The translations under genes were made by a program, and so were the position numbers. From positions 51,139 to 115,138 of the forward strand of contig CAYJLA010000001.1 of the NCBI GenBank assembly GCA_964371305.1: 64,000 nt of DNA, written 5' to 3'. The notes beneath the pieces are model-generated. The model ran no database searches, was not told where the DNA came from, and saw only the letters and a list, made by a program, of their open reading frames with translations. Of the stretch, positions 8,654 through 19,476 are shown in pieces (within the stretch, counting starts at the first letter, position 1; each line of letters starts with the position of its first letter). Source of the DNA: an uncultured Staphylococcaceae bacterium (GTDB lineage: Bacteria; Bacillota_I; Bacilli_A; RFN20; CAG-826).

Positions 8654-11600
8654 TTATTTTCAGTTTCTTCAGCTTGCTTCTTTTTTAAATTCTTTTTGTG
8701 TTGACATACGCCATACCAAGCGGCTGATCCGCCAAATATAGCAATACCACCAGCAAACAATAATAGTCCTTCATTTAAACCTTCACTAACAAAATTAACT
8801 GTATAACTTGTTTGACCTGTTTCACTTACAAAGCTAACAAAACCACCTTGTCCATTATAAACATCTAGTTGCTTTTCATTACCTACATTATCTCTTGCTG
8901 TTACACTCCACCCTTTATCATATGGAATTTGCAGAACGATCATTCTATTTTTATCAAAGTCAGTTGTAAATCTATGAGTGTTTTCTTTTGAAGAAATGTT
9001 TTCTAAAGGATAAGAACGTAGTACATCAAGTTTAGCATCAATCTGAGCAGATGTTTCAACATATAACGGCGGGCGTGTGCTTGCTAATGTATTATATTGT
9101 CCTCCGCTACCTTTAGGAATAATAAGAATCTTAGCGAGTTCTTCAGTTGAATAAAAACCTCTTATAGTTTTCCATCTATATGTCATATTGGAGTTTGTAT
9201 GATTATCCATTGCAATAACATTTCCGCTTTCTCCAATTAAAAAAATATCAGCGTTGTATATAGTTTGAAGTGTATAGTCCAACATGTAATACGCTTCTTG
9301 TGAAGAACTAAATGTAGTTCCAATACTTGGGGTTAATTCGAGCAAGTAAGGATTATTGCGCGAAACACTGCTAACTTTTTCTCCACTAGTTAAGTATTCG
9401 CTTGGGTCTGCAGGAGAAAAACTATAACCAAATGGACATTCATAAATAGAATAATTTACAGCCAGTTGCGTTGCTGTCATAGCGGGTGCATCTGATGTTA
9501 TAAGGCCTGGATAATCTTCAGAAATTGTTTCGACATCTTTATCATCAAGTATAGCGCCTGTTAAATATGCTTCCTCTGCTGTAATTACGGCACTAGTATC
9601 CCACGAAGAATAAAATGAGTTATTATCACTATCTTCGTTATCACCTTTAAAGTATAAAGTGTCATATGAAAAACCTAATTCAATATGATTAGTATTTTCA
9701 AAAACTCTAACACCTTGATTAAATTGAGTAAGTTCGTTGTAACCATATGGTACGTTAGCGGGAACAAGTACACCATCAACACGCGTATCAGCATTATATA
9801 TAAAATAATACTTAACTCCTAAAAAAGCATCCAAATTATATCTCTTTTCAATAGTGCCACCTATCCAAGTAGAAGAGGCTTTAAAAATACGTGACATTCT
9901 CATGAAATCATCAACATTGTAATTATAAAGTGAATGAAATGTTGACACTCCATTATAGCCAATTATCATAGGTAGATTTTCATTCCCTAAATACGCAAGT
10001 CTTGATTGTATTCTATAAAATGAGTCGTCTACTGAGTCAATTTCCTCAAATATATCGCGTTCAATATTTACATAATATTCATTCCCGCCTATGCTTGAGT
10101 ATGGAATGGTACCTTGAAATATTTGAACTGATGTTCCCATGACTATAGCTTCAATCGAGATAACTAATAAAAATATTTTTGTAACATACTTTTTCTTATA
10201 AAAACCTAACAATAAACATGAAACAACTACAATCATAACAATCTGATATATGATTAGTGGCACTGCCATTTCGTTAAAAGCTCTCGAAGAAGAATCATCA
10301 AAATCAACATTTTGTGCAACCACTAACGTAATTATAGAAAGGCAAAATGTCATTACCCCAGCAAGTGCAATCTCACCTCTTTTAAACTCTTCTCTCCTAT
10401 CGAACATTAGCGCAGCATACATCATAAGTGAAATCATTACAAATATTTCCCATCTTCCATATGCATCAGTAAAACCAGAGAACATAAAATATGCAAAAGG
10501 GGTAAATAAACCCAGCGTAAACAATGTGATCGAAATTACATGAGATGTTCTTTTTTCTTTAAATGAATATATCAAACCCATGAAAAACATAACAATCGGC
10601 ATAGTGTAAATAAATAATGAGCTACCGTATGTATCGTATGGCCCTGTAAAAAGTGTAGGAATTCTGTTACTACTTGTTGGATAGAAGAAACTGGCTAACG
10701 GATACAAAACCGTTATTCCATATCCATCACTTGATGCAGTATATCTACTTGACCAATCAAAAAACATTATATCTAACGCACCCATTATATCGCCGTCTTT
10801 AAAATACGCCATTAATTCACCTAAATAATCACTACTTGCTCGCTCAGATGAAAGTGAAGTTATTAAGCCAGGAATAAGAACTGGCGAACAAAGTAAAATA
10901 CCAACAGCAAAAGAAACTATTCCAAGTCCCATTACTTTATAATTTGTTATTGCATCTCTAGTTTTAACAGACTGGAAAAACCTAAATAATGCATACATTA
11001 CGCCAAATATGCAAAATCCTGCAAAGAAGAAATAATTTGTAACTCCTGTAATTGCAAGAGAAAACATTAACAACCAAGGTTTTCTTTCCCTTATGACCTT
11101 TTCAATACCTAGCAATACAAGAGGAATATAAACAGCCATGGCCATAAAATGATTAAACCATAAATAAAAAGCTGTCCATCCAACAAAAGCATATGCTAAA
11201 CCAAATACTCTTGCAGTTGATTCTCTTACACCTAAATATTTAATAAAGTACCTGAAAGCAAACCCTGCGCATACCATTTTTAAAATCATAATAATGGCCA
11301 TTGCTTGAGGAACCATATGTCTAGGGAATAATAAAACTGGGAAGAAAAATGGATCAAACAAATAATAAAACGAATTTGAACCAATATTGTCTACACCTAA
11401 AAATACATTGTTGTCCCACAAAACGAATTCACCTGTTTTGAAAAAAGTCATCCATGTGTCATAACCGTTGTAGTAAAGCGGTATTTGTTGTTGAGTATAA
11501 TCTCCGCCATATGGCACAGTCCAGTATTCAGTAAAAAGAGAGTAAGCATAAAAACCAATACCAACTATAACTAAAAGCAGACCCCAGTAAAATAAAGAAT

Positions 11601-11724
11601 TAATGTTGTCTAAAAAATCAAAGTTAAAGTTTTTAATTTTTGTTTTTATACTGGTATAAATCCAAACAAAAAAAGTTTTTATGTAATAATAGATTGATGT
11701 GAAAAAACCTTTAACTGCAGTCAT
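8650..11724 (-). CDS. YfhO-family polytopic membrane protein, a putative glycosyltransferase for cell-surface glycopolymers
   Basis: About 1020 aa. N-terminal 13-14 TM helices with YfhO-like motifs (GGDYTQQQIPLYY, LWDNNVFLG, FDPFFF). Large extracytoplasmic domain and a single C-terminal TM. Start is either the ATG at 11724 (RBS GAGAGG) or 11742. Confidence 0.6.
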   Translation of the reverse strand: MTAVKGFFTSIYYYIKTFFVWIYTSIKTKIKNFNFDFLDNINSLFYWGLLLVIVGIGFYAYSLFTEYWTVPYGGDYTQQQIPLYYNGYDTWMTFFKTGEFVLWDNNVFLGVDNIGSNSFYYLFDPFFFPVLLFPRHMVPQAMAIIMILKMVCAGFAFRYFIKYLGVRESTARVFGLAYAFVGWTAFYLWFNHFMAMAVYIPLVLLGIEKVIRERKPWLLMFSLAITGVTNYFFFAGFCIFGVMYALFRFFQSVKTRDAITNYKVMGLGIVSFAVGILLCSPVLIPGLITSLSSERASSDYLGELMAYFKDGDIMGALDIMFFDWSSRYTASSDGYGITVLYPLASFFYPTSSNRIPTLFTGPYDTYGSSLFIYTMPIVMFFMGLIYSFKEKRTSHVISITLFTLGLFTPFAYFMFSGFTDAYGRWEIFVMISLMMYAALMFDRREEFKRGEIALAGVMTFCLSIITLVVAQNVDFDDSSSRAFNEMAVPLIIYQIVMIVVVSCLLLGFYKKKYVTKIFLLVISIEAIVMGTSVQIFQGTIPYSSIGGNEYYVNIERDIFEEIDSVDDSFYRIQSRLAYLGNENLPMIIGYNGVSTFHSLYNYNVDDFMRMSRIFKASSTWIGGTIEKRYNLDAFLGVKYYFIYNADTRVDGVLVPANVPYGYNELTQFNQGVRVFENTNHIELGFSYDTLYFKGDNEDSDNNSFYSSWDTSAVITAEEAYLTGAILDDKDVETISEDYPGLITSDAPAMTATQLAVNYSIYECPFGYSFSPADPSEYLTSGEKVSSVSRNNPYLLELTPSIGTTFSSSQEAYYMLDYTLQTIYNADIFLIGESGNVIAMDNHTNSNMTYRWKTIRGFYSTEELAKILIIPKGSGGQYNTLASTRPPLYVETSAQIDAKLDVLRSYPLENISSKENTHRFTTDFDKNRMIVLQIPYDKGWSVTARDNVGNEKQLDVYNGQGGFVSFVSETGQTSYTVNFVSEGLNEGLLLFAGGIAIFGGSAAWYGVCQHKKNLKKKQAEETENN

Positions 11725-11728
11725 TTTT

Positions 11729-12649
11729 TTACAACCTCTCAATTTGAAATAATAATTTAAAATCCTTTGGAATTGGGGCTAAAAACTTCATTAACTTGCC
11801 TGTTTCAGGATGTTTAATGTGTAAGGTGTATGCATGTAAACCAAGACGTTTTAATGGGTTTGACGGCTCACCATACTTGTCATCTCCAATTACAAAATGC
11901 CCAATATTTCCTAGTTGTACTCTAATCTGATTTTTTCTACCACTATCAATATTTACATCTAGCAGTGTTCTATTGTTCATTACTTTCATTCTTTTATAGT
12001 GTGTAATACATCTTTTACCTTTTTTCTTATCATGAGTAACAATCATTAAATTAAGTTTATTTTGTATTAAATAATGTATTAAAGTGTCTTCTTCTTTTTC
12101 TACTTCGCCATCAACAATCGCATAATATCCTCTTTTTAAAACTAATTTATCCCAATTTTTTTGCAATAAGTCACGAATTTTCTCATTTTTTGCAAACATT
12201 AATACCCCACTAGTATCCTCATCAAGTCTATGAACAACAAATACTCTGGCATTTCCGTTTGTAGCTTGCAAATAGTCAGTTACTAGACGATATGCTGTTC
12301 TACCTTTTACTTTATCACTAGCAACCGATAATAATTTAGATGGTTTATTTATTACAATTACTTCATCGTCTTCATATATAATTTTTATCTTTTCTTTTTT
12401 TGCGTTCATCTTGATTCTATTTTTAGAAATAATAACTACATCATCTTTAGCGAGTTGAAAGTTAAATTGTGAAATTGGAGCCCCATCCACAGCAACTTGA
12501 TGATTTTTAAGTAAATTCTTTATGTTATTGCGAGATAACCCCGTTAAGTTTTCTAATAAAAATTCCAACAAAATACAAGAACGTTTTACAGTGTATTCTT
12601 TAATGTCTAGTGGTTTCTTGTAACTATGTCTTTGTTTATTTTTATTCAT
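11729..12649 (-). CDS. RluA-family 23S rRNA pseudouridine synthase (RluD/RluC-like) with N-terminal S4 domain
   Basis: Catalytic motif HRLDEDTSGVLMFAKN. S4-like N-terminus (LLKNHQVAVDG). Confidence 0.8.
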   Translation of the reverse strand: MNKNKQRHSYKKPLDIKEYTVKRSCILLEFLLENLTGLSRNNIKNLLKNHQVAVDGAPISQFNFQLAKDDVVIISKNRIKMNAKKEKIKIIYEDDEVIVINKPSKLLSVASDKVKGRTAYRLVTDYLQATNGNARVFVVHRLDEDTSGVLMFAKNEKIRDLLQKNWDKLVLKRGYYAIVDGEVEKEEDTLIHYLIQNKLNLMIVTHDKKKGKRCITHYKRMKVMNNRTLLDVNIDSGRKNQIRVQLGNIGHFVIGDDKYGEPSNPLKRLGLHAYTLHIKHPETGKLMKFLAPIPKDFKLLFQIERL

Positions 12650-12834
12650 ATTGAAATATATTATAACATAATATAACGCTATTAAAAAAATTAATTAACT
12701 ACTAAATGTACAATATAAATTATTGAGTTTTAAGTCTCTAAGTAGAAAAGTACACTTTAACATTATAGTTACGGTATATAAAAAGTCTTTTAAATATTAT
12801 TTAAATGTGTATAATTTTATGTAACGGAGAAATT

Positions 12835-14454
12835 ATGAAAAAACTATTTTTAATCCCATTATCTGTTATAGCTCTTACAGGGTGCACCTTGTTTCCTTCA
12901 ATTTCAGCCTCTCTTGATTCGAATACTACTATTGAACCATCAGTAACTGACCCTACTGATTCAAATATACCTACCGGTCCGATTGTAACACAACCTGATC
13001 CAAGTGTTTCTCAACCAAGTATTGATGTTGATGACTCAACCTCAACAGGTACTGAAGTTCCACCTGAACCAACAAGAAATCCTGCATTAATAAGTAGTCA
13101 AGAGTATTATAATTTCTTTAATGGATCTGATGTTAAACTAAACATAAACTTCCATAATGGAGCGCTTTCCGCAATTGAACAATGCGGTGTAAATGGCGGC
13201 CGCTATGAAGATTTATATTTCCCTGCAGATGTAACAATTACTGTTGATGGAAAATCATATAGTTATAATGATGTTGGCTTTAGAAGAAAAGGCAATACTT
13301 CTAAGGGTGATGATTTCTCAAATGGACGTATACATTATAAGATGAGTTTTGTAGCTGATTTTGATGATCCATTATATCTTGAACAACACTCTCAATTTCA
13401 CGTAGATTGGACAAGCAATCCTACTGGGAAGGAAGAAAGAAAAAATAGAACTTTTCTTGATATGGAAAAACTCGACTTGAAATGGAATAGAAACCAAGAT
13501 CCAAATAAATTAAGGCAAGCTTTTACAATGGAAACATACAGAAATATGAACACTATTGCTGCGCGCGATACAATTGGCAATATTACTGTTATGGAAAATA
13601 ATTCAACTAGGTTTACCGAAACATATGAGATTTTCGAAGTTATCGATCAAGTTTTAGTAGACAGATATTTTACAGTCTCAGAAAATGATGGAGACTTATA
13701 CAAATTACGTTATATAGGTAATGGTAAGGCAGACTTTTTATATAACAATGTAATGAATAATAATCTTGTCGGTGTTGATGGTGATGGCAGCGGAAATGAA
13801 TATCCATATGAGCTAAAAACAAATAAATCTAAATCAAATCATGAACAACTTTATAACTTTGTAAATGTTATAAACACTAAGGGTGCTGGAGTTGATTTTG
13901 AAGATGAGTTATCTAGTATTTTAGATCTTGAATATTTTGCTAATTTTGCTGCGGCAAGTTATGTAACTGGAGACCCTGATGATTTAAGAAGTCATTATAA
14001 CAACACTTATGTTTATTTCTCTTCTTTAACTAATAAGGCATATTTCATACCTTATGATAAAGATAGATCATGCGGAATAATTAATGGAGGTGCCGGTATG
14101 ATGCCAGCACGTGCTCCTACTTCTACAAAAAATAGTGGGTACAGTGGAGGCAACTGGCAAGATAATCCTATATGGTGGAGGACAACAATACTAAACACTA
14201 CTCAGCATATTGGACCTGATTACTCATATGTTCCTCAAGCAATGGCACACTATAGAGATGCAATAAAAAACATTTATGATGCATCATTTATGACACCAAC
14301 CGCTTTTAACAGTTTCTTAAATAAGTATAATCATAGAAATGATTTAGGAGACGCTAACAGCGAGGGCGGAGGAAACGCTTCATATCAAAACTTCTATAAT
14401 CAATATAGACAACAAATTCAAAACGATACAAATTTATTAAACTTTACTTATTAA
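12835..14454 (+). CDS. Large secreted lipoprotein of uncertain function, possibly CotH-like, convergent with the GH31 glucosidase
   Basis: Lipoprotein signal MKKLFLIPLSVIALTGC. Pro/Thr/Ser-rich linker, then about 450-aa globular domain. Its stop is 2 nt from the stop of the convergent GH31 gene. Confidence 0.5.
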   Translation: MKKLFLIPLSVIALTGCTLFPSISASLDSNTTIEPSVTDPTDSNIPTGPIVTQPDPSVSQPSIDVDDSTSTGTEVPPEPTRNPALISSQEYYNFFNGSDVKLNINFHNGALSAIEQCGVNGGRYEDLYFPADVTITVDGKSYSYNDVGFRRKGNTSKGDDFSNGRIHYKMSFVADFDDPLYLEQHSQFHVDWTSNPTGKEERKNRTFLDMEKLDLKWNRNQDPNKLRQAFTMETYRNMNTIAARDTIGNITVMENNSTRFTETYEIFEVIDQVLVDRYFTVSENDGDLYKLRYIGNGKADFLYNNVMNNNLVGVDGDGSGNEYPYELKTNKSKSNHEQLYNFVNVINTKGAGVDFEDELSSILDLEYFANFAAASYVTGDPDDLRSHYNNTYVYFSSLTNKAYFIPYDKDRSCGIINGGAGMMPARAPTSTKNSGYSGGNWQDNPIWWRTTILNTTQHIGPDYSYVPQAMAHYRDAIKNIYDASFMTPTAFNSFLNKYNHRNDLGDANSEGGGNASYQNFYNQYRQQIQNDTNLLNFTY

Positions 14455-14456
14455 CT

Positions 14457-16646
14457 TTATAACTCAATAACTGTAACATTACCAAGGTATTCCGCTTCAA
14501 TTGCAGAATACTTTTTATATCCTTCTTTCAACATTCTAAAGCTTAATATTCCATTATTGTTTGTAAATTCATAAATATTAATTTCTCCATTTTGATAGTT
14601 GAATGATTCTCCATCATCTTGATAATGAACATATATACCTTTACCAGGAAATAACTTCAATCTAAGTACTTCGTTGTTCATAACATTACTATCATCTTTT
14701 AAAGGTATAATACTTCCTTCTTTAACATAGATAGGACATAGTATTTTATCGCATTTTCTTATACTATAACCAGTTTTTGCAAGTTTATTTGTATAGAAAT
14801 CATAGTATTTATCTTTAGGAATATAAACCATTTTATTTGTTTGTCCTTGTGCAACGATAGGTGCGATAATCATATTTTCTCCATACATAAATTGCTCATT
14901 TTCGTTTCGACAATTTTCATCATTTTCGTATTCTAAAACCATAGGTCTAATTATTGGCAATCCACTACTTTGATGTTCATGAAAGCAATCATATATATAC
15001 GGAATTAATGAATATCTAAACTTAACGGCACGTCTATATATATCAATTGTTTTCTTTGAAAAAGTCCATGGTTCTTGTCTTTTTGTATTTATTGCAGAAT
15101 GGTTTCTCATAAGTGGTGAGAACATTCCAAGCACAATCCATCTTTGCATTAATTCATCAGTGCAATCTCCGCCAAATCCGCCAATATCAGTTCCTATATT
15201 CATAAGTCCAGAGATCGACATATTACATTGCTGTGGTATAGCCAGTTTAATGTGATTCCATAACGATTGATTATCACCAGTCCAGGCTGTTGAAAACTTT
15301 TGCGTACCACAAAATGCAGCTCTAGTGATGACAAAAGGTCTTTTACCAGTTTGCAACAAACCTTCATAAGTTGCTTGTGCCATGTAGTGACCATATAGAT
15401 TGTGAATATCTTCATGTTTTTCAAGCCCAAACATAACATCCATTGGAAGTGGTCCTTTAAAACTGGCTGGTTCATTCATATCAGTCCATATTCCGCTTAC
15501 ACCTTTTTGAATTAACTCTAAATTTAACTCGCCCCACCATTTTCTTACTTCAGGTTTGTTAAAAGCAGGGTACACAGATAAACCAGGCCATACATAGTTT
15601 TCATAAACCTTGCCATCATGTGTAGCGAAGTAGTTGTTTTCAATTCCCTCTTCGTACACTTTATATCCACTTAAAACTTTGGTTCCTGGATCAATTATTG
15701 TAACAATATTTACGTTACTTTCATTTAATGTTTCAATCATGCTTTCAAAGTTTGGAAATCGATCTTTATTAATTGTAAAAACTGCATAATCAATCATATA
15801 ATCTATGTCTAAGTGGATTGCACTTAAAGGTATATCAAGTTGTTTGTATTTATTAGCTATTTCAAGAACTTCTTTTTCGTCATAGTATGACCACCTAGAT
15901 TGATGCATACCTAAAGTCCATTTCTGTGGCAATGGAGTATATCCGGTAAGTTTAACAAAAGAAGATACAACTTTTTTAAATGTTTTATCATAAATAAAAT
16001 ATAAGTCAAAAGCTCCTTTTGTCGCCCCAATGAAGTACTGTTTTCCATCTACACCCATATTAAATATAGATTTATTGTAATTATCTAAATATAAACCAAA
16101 CACATGTTTATCGGTTTTTGATATTATAAACGGAAATGACTTGTATAAAGATTTATAGTTATCTTCATGGGCTGATGGATCATCAGTATTCCAGTTAATA
16201 TATTCATATCCATATTTGTTAAGCGGTCCTGGATGATCACCTAAACCATAAAATGATTGCTCATTATTTAATTTGAAACTATATAAAAATGAATATTTTT
16301 CATTTCCTAGTGTAGCGTGTCCTTCCATTTTTGAAAGACTATCATCAACATAAGGAGAAACATATGTATATTCAATTTGACTTAATATTTCATCTCTATT
16401 TGCATCCTCAATTTTAAATTTTAAATCTTCTAAGACTGTAATTATGATCTTTGAGCTTATAATTTGAACACTACTACCATTATCAATGCAACTCACATCA
16501 CATGATGTATCGTCAATATGTTCAATTATTTTGCTTTGTCTATCCTCTTTATAAATTCTTACTAAATTCGGAGAATAAAACTTAATAAAAAGTTTGTCTT
16601 CCTTGTTATAAATCATTACCTTATTTTTAAATAATTCATACTTCAT
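14457..16646 (-). CDS. Glycoside hydrolase family 31 alpha-glucosidase
   Basis: GH31 catalytic-nucleophile signature GIWTDMNEP and surrounding conserved blocks. About 730 aa. Start at 16646 (RBS AAGAGG) is preferred over the upstream ATG at 16670. Confidence 0.8.
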   Translation of the reverse strand: MKYELFKNKVMIYNKEDKLFIKFYSPNLVRIYKEDRQSKIIEHIDDTSCDVSCIDNGSSVQIISSKIIITVLEDLKFKIEDANRDEILSQIEYTYVSPYVDDSLSKMEGHATLGNEKYSFLYSFKLNNEQSFYGLGDHPGPLNKYGYEYINWNTDDPSAHEDNYKSLYKSFPFIISKTDKHVFGLYLDNYNKSIFNMGVDGKQYFIGATKGAFDLYFIYDKTFKKVVSSFVKLTGYTPLPQKWTLGMHQSRWSYYDEKEVLEIANKYKQLDIPLSAIHLDIDYMIDYAVFTINKDRFPNFESMIETLNESNVNIVTIIDPGTKVLSGYKVYEEGIENNYFATHDGKVYENYVWPGLSVYPAFNKPEVRKWWGELNLELIQKGVSGIWTDMNEPASFKGPLPMDVMFGLEKHEDIHNLYGHYMAQATYEGLLQTGKRPFVITRAAFCGTQKFSTAWTGDNQSLWNHIKLAIPQQCNMSISGLMNIGTDIGGFGGDCTDELMQRWIVLGMFSPLMRNHSAINTKRQEPWTFSKKTIDIYRRAVKFRYSLIPYIYDCFHEHQSSGLPIIRPMVLEYENDENCRNENEQFMYGENMIIAPIVAQGQTNKMVYIPKDKYYDFYTNKLAKTGYSIRKCDKILCPIYVKEGSIIPLKDDSNVMNNEVLRLKLFPGKGIYVHYQDDGESFNYQNGEINIYEFTNNNGILSFRMLKEGYKKYSAIEAEYLGNVTVIEL

Positions 16647-16738
16647 AATATACCTCTTAAGTGTGTCCATATATTTTATATAACAAAATTATAAATATTA
16701 CAATTTATATATTATAATATATGTACAGTGAGGTAAAA

Positions 16739-17485
16739 ATGGTATTTTATTTTTCAGGAACAGGCAACTCTAAGTGGGCCGCACAAAACATATCTAAACA
16801 GGTAAAAGATGAATGTTTTAGCATAGTTAAGTATAAGGGGTCGATGGATATACAGGACAAGGTTATCGGATTAGTTTTTCCAATATATGCCTGGGGAATT
16901 CCTGAACTTATGAAAAGCTTTATTAAAAGTTTATCCGGTATACCATCTTATGTATATGTAATTGCAACGTGTGGACAAGATGTTGGTAATACAGTCAAAC
17001 AAGTAAATAAACTAATTAAAGTTGATTCCGCTTTATCTTTAATCATGCCAAACAATCACATAATTATGTCTGAGGCATATCCTGAAGCCATTTGTATCGA
17101 ACTTATAAAAAACGCAGAAGTTAAGTTACAAAGTTTTATACAAGTTATTGAAAATAGAGAATGTAAAACTATACTTGATAAAAGAAGTTTAAATACAATT
17201 AAAACGTGCTTAATAAACCCTTTATTTAATAAATTTGCTCGCCAGAGCAATAAGTTTTATGCAACTGATAAGTGTATTTCATGTGGTAAGTGTCAAAGCG
17301 ACTGCCCAGTAGGCACTATCAAACTAGTAGATGGAAAACCAAAGTGGTCTCGTCATTGCTTAATGTGTTTAAAATGTATAAATACATGCCCTACTTGTGC
17401 GATTGAGCACGGCACTTCAACTATTAATAGAAAGAGATATGTATTTAAAGATACCTATCTATTAGACAACAAAAATGATAAATAA
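16739..17485 (+). CDS. Flavodoxin-like domain fused to a 2x[4Fe-4S] ferredoxin domain (EFR1-like)
   Basis: N-terminal flavodoxin motif MVFYFSGTGNS. C-terminal CISCGKCQSDCP and CLMCLKCINTCP cluster motifs. Confidence 0.7.
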   Translation: MVFYFSGTGNSKWAAQNISKQVKDECFSIVKYKGSMDIQDKVIGLVFPIYAWGIPELMKSFIKSLSGIPSYVYVIATCGQDVGNTVKQVNKLIKVDSALSLIMPNNHIIMSEAYPEAICIELIKNAEVKLQSFIQVIENRECKTILDKRSLNTIKTCLINPLFNKFARQSNKFYATDKCISCGKCQSDCPVGTIKLVDGKPKWSRHCLMCLKCINTCPTCAIEHGTSTINRKRYVFKDTYLLDNKNDK

Positions 17486-17657
17486 TGATAACTTTAATGA
17501 TTTTTATGATGAAGATCAAAAAGAAAAACTTGTAGTAGAAGAAAAACCTGTTAAGCAAAGTAAAGCGAAATTTTATTTGTATATACCCGCACTCGTTATG
17601 GGTTTAGCGGCAATCTCTATATTAGTACTAATTATTGTGAGTGGTTTTGTAATGTAA
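17475..17657 (+). CDS. Small single-pass membrane protein (60 aa), start overlapping the ferredoxin stop
   Basis: ATG sits inside aATGATAAATAATGATAAC, overlapping the upstream stop. Acidic N-terminus and a C-terminal TM helix. Followed directly by a terminator. Confidence 0.35.
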   Translation: MINNDNFNDFYDEDQKEKLVVEEKPVKQSKAKFYLYIPALVMGLAAISILVLIIVSGFVM

Positions 17658-17660
17658 CAA

Positions 17661-17690
17661 AAAAGCTCTGAATTATCAGAGCTTTTATAT
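17661..17690. terminator. Rho-independent terminator hairpin (AAAAGCTCTGA-atta-TCAGAGCTTTT)
   Basis: Perfect 11-bp stem plus T-tract. Sits between the + strand ferredoxin/small ORF and the end of minus-strand gpmA. Confidence 0.7.
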
Positions 17691-17861
17691 ATTTTTATTG
17701 TCAAATACAGATATGTTTATAAGTTCGTCGTTTTTTATGTTTAGACTGGATTTTTCTTTATCAAAATCTTTATCTTTTCCTCGAAATGCGATTTGTTCTG
17801 CACGATGAGTTAATTCATTCGATCGAACAACTTCACGCTTGAACTTTTTCTTCATATTTTA

Positions 17862-18605
17862 TTATTTAGCTTTACCTTGATTTGCTACTGCATCCATTTT
17901 TGCTTTAAGTGCTGCTTCATCACCTAAGTAATATGATTTAATTACATTAAAATTATCATCAAACTCATATATAAGTGGAGTTCCAGTAGGAATGTTTACA
18001 TCCATAATTTGTTCATCAGTCATTTTATCAAAGTATTTTACTAAAGCTCTAAGTGAATTACCATGCGCAGCAATTACAACTCTTTTTCCAGCTTCCATTA
18101 ATGGTTTAATGTTTTTTTCAAAATAAGGCACTGCTCTTTCGATAGTAATTTTTAGTGACTCAGTTAATGGTAATAAATTAGCATCAACATCTCTAAACAT
18201 AGCGTCATTTTGTGGTGCTCTTTCATCAGTTAATTCAAGTGCTGGGGGACATACATCAAAACTTCTTCTCCACACTTTTACTTGTTCTTCACCGTATTTT
18301 TCAGCTGTTTCTGATTTATTTAAACCTTGTAAAGCGCCGTAATGTCTTTCGTTAAGTTCCCAAGCTTTAACTACTGGTAACCATTCTCTATCCATTGAAA
18401 GAAGCGCTCTGTTTAATGTGTGAATCGCTCTTTTTAAATAGGAAGTAAAGCAAATATCAAAATCAAATCCGTTGTCTTTCAATAATCTACCTGCATTTAA
18501 AGCTTCTTCTTCGCCTTTTTCTGTTAAATCTACATCTGTCCAACCAGTAAATAAATTCAATTTATTCCACTGACTTTCACCATGTCTTAGTAATACTAAT
18601 TTCAT
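17862..18605 (-). CDS. gpmA: 2,3-bisphosphoglycerate-dependent phosphoglycerate mutase
   Basis: [12 protein letters not shown] active-site motif. About 247 aa, typical dPGM. Confidence 0.9.
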   Translation of the reverse strand: MKLVLLRHGESQWNKLNLFTGWTDVDLTEKGEEEALNAGRLLKDNGFDFDICFTSYLKRAIHTLNRALLSMDREWLPVVKAWELNERHYGALQGLNKSETAEKYGEEQVKVWRRSFDVCPPALELTDERAPQNDAMFRDVDANLLPLTESLKITIERAVPYFEKNIKPLMEAGKRVVIAAHGNSLRALVKYFDKMTDEQIMDVNIPTGTPLIYEFDDNFNVIKSYYLGDEAALKAKMDAVANQGKAK

Positions 18606-18737
18606 AATTATTCTCCTTAAATATTATTCATATTTATTATACCAATAATTTTTATAATGTTAAGAACATTAAATGTAACTTTTAAATTGAACCGTTTAAA
18701 AAACGTGTTATAATGTGTATTGGTAAAGAGGTTTTAT

Positions 18738-19472
18738 ATGAAAAGAAAAGTTTGTTTTGTAGCGTTGCCTTTAGTTGCAACAGTATTATTTAGTTGCGGT
18801 CCTGCAGCAATTAGTTTAGAAAGGGCAAAAGAAGTTATAGACGATATCGTAGATAGTTATCAAATCGGTTTTGACTCAATATATTTAAAAGAAACTGAAA
18901 CAATAGTTGATCTTGATGGGGTAAAAAGCGTTCAATATCTTGAAAACTACGTTAATGTAAAAGAAAAATATCTTTATGGATATCAAAAAAATACTGTTGA
19001 TGGAGAAGTAACATATAATGGAGAAACTTGGCTTTTTGGCGAAGATATATACTTCTACTCTCTTGACCACAACTTATTAACTGGTTCGAAAACTCAATCT
19101 AAAGGTTTGGATTCGCAAAATTTATTGGAAGCTAACTTAACAGCAATTCAATCGTCTATAGCAACAAGCATAAAAGAAATTATCGTATTAACTCAAACAA
19201 TTATTGATACATTATTGGCTAAGGACGTAGAAGGAGTTACAGTTTCTTGTGGTTCTTCTAAAGAAGGCCAACTTAAATTCAATTATACTGAAGAAGATGA
19301 TAGCATCGATGGAGTTATGGATTTATATATAAATAATTATAGATTGGTTTCAGGAAAAACTACAAGCACAAGTAAAGATAGTTCTGCGGAACATAACACT
19401 GTTGGTGAATATAAATATGACATTGACAAAGTGAATGTTCCAAATGTTGATGATTTTGAAGAATTAAATTAG
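18738..19472 (+). CDS. Lipoprotein, paralogue of 21827-22558
   Basis: Lipobox LFSCG. Shares YLENYVNVKEKYLYGY with E(T)YVNLDEEYLYKY in the other lipoprotein. RBS AAGAGG. Confidence 0.6.
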   Translation: MKRKVCFVALPLVATVLFSCGPAAISLERAKEVIDDIVDSYQIGFDSIYLKETETIVDLDGVKSVQYLENYVNVKEKYLYGYQKNTVDGEVTYNGETWLFGEDIYFYSLDHNLLTGSKTQSKGLDSQNLLEANLTAIQSSIATSIKEIIVLTQTIIDTLLAKDVEGVTVSCGSSKEGQLKFNYTEEDDSIDGVMDLYINNYRLVSGKTTSTSKDSSAEHNTVGEYKYDIDKVNVPNVDDFEELN

Positions 19473-19476
19473 TTAT

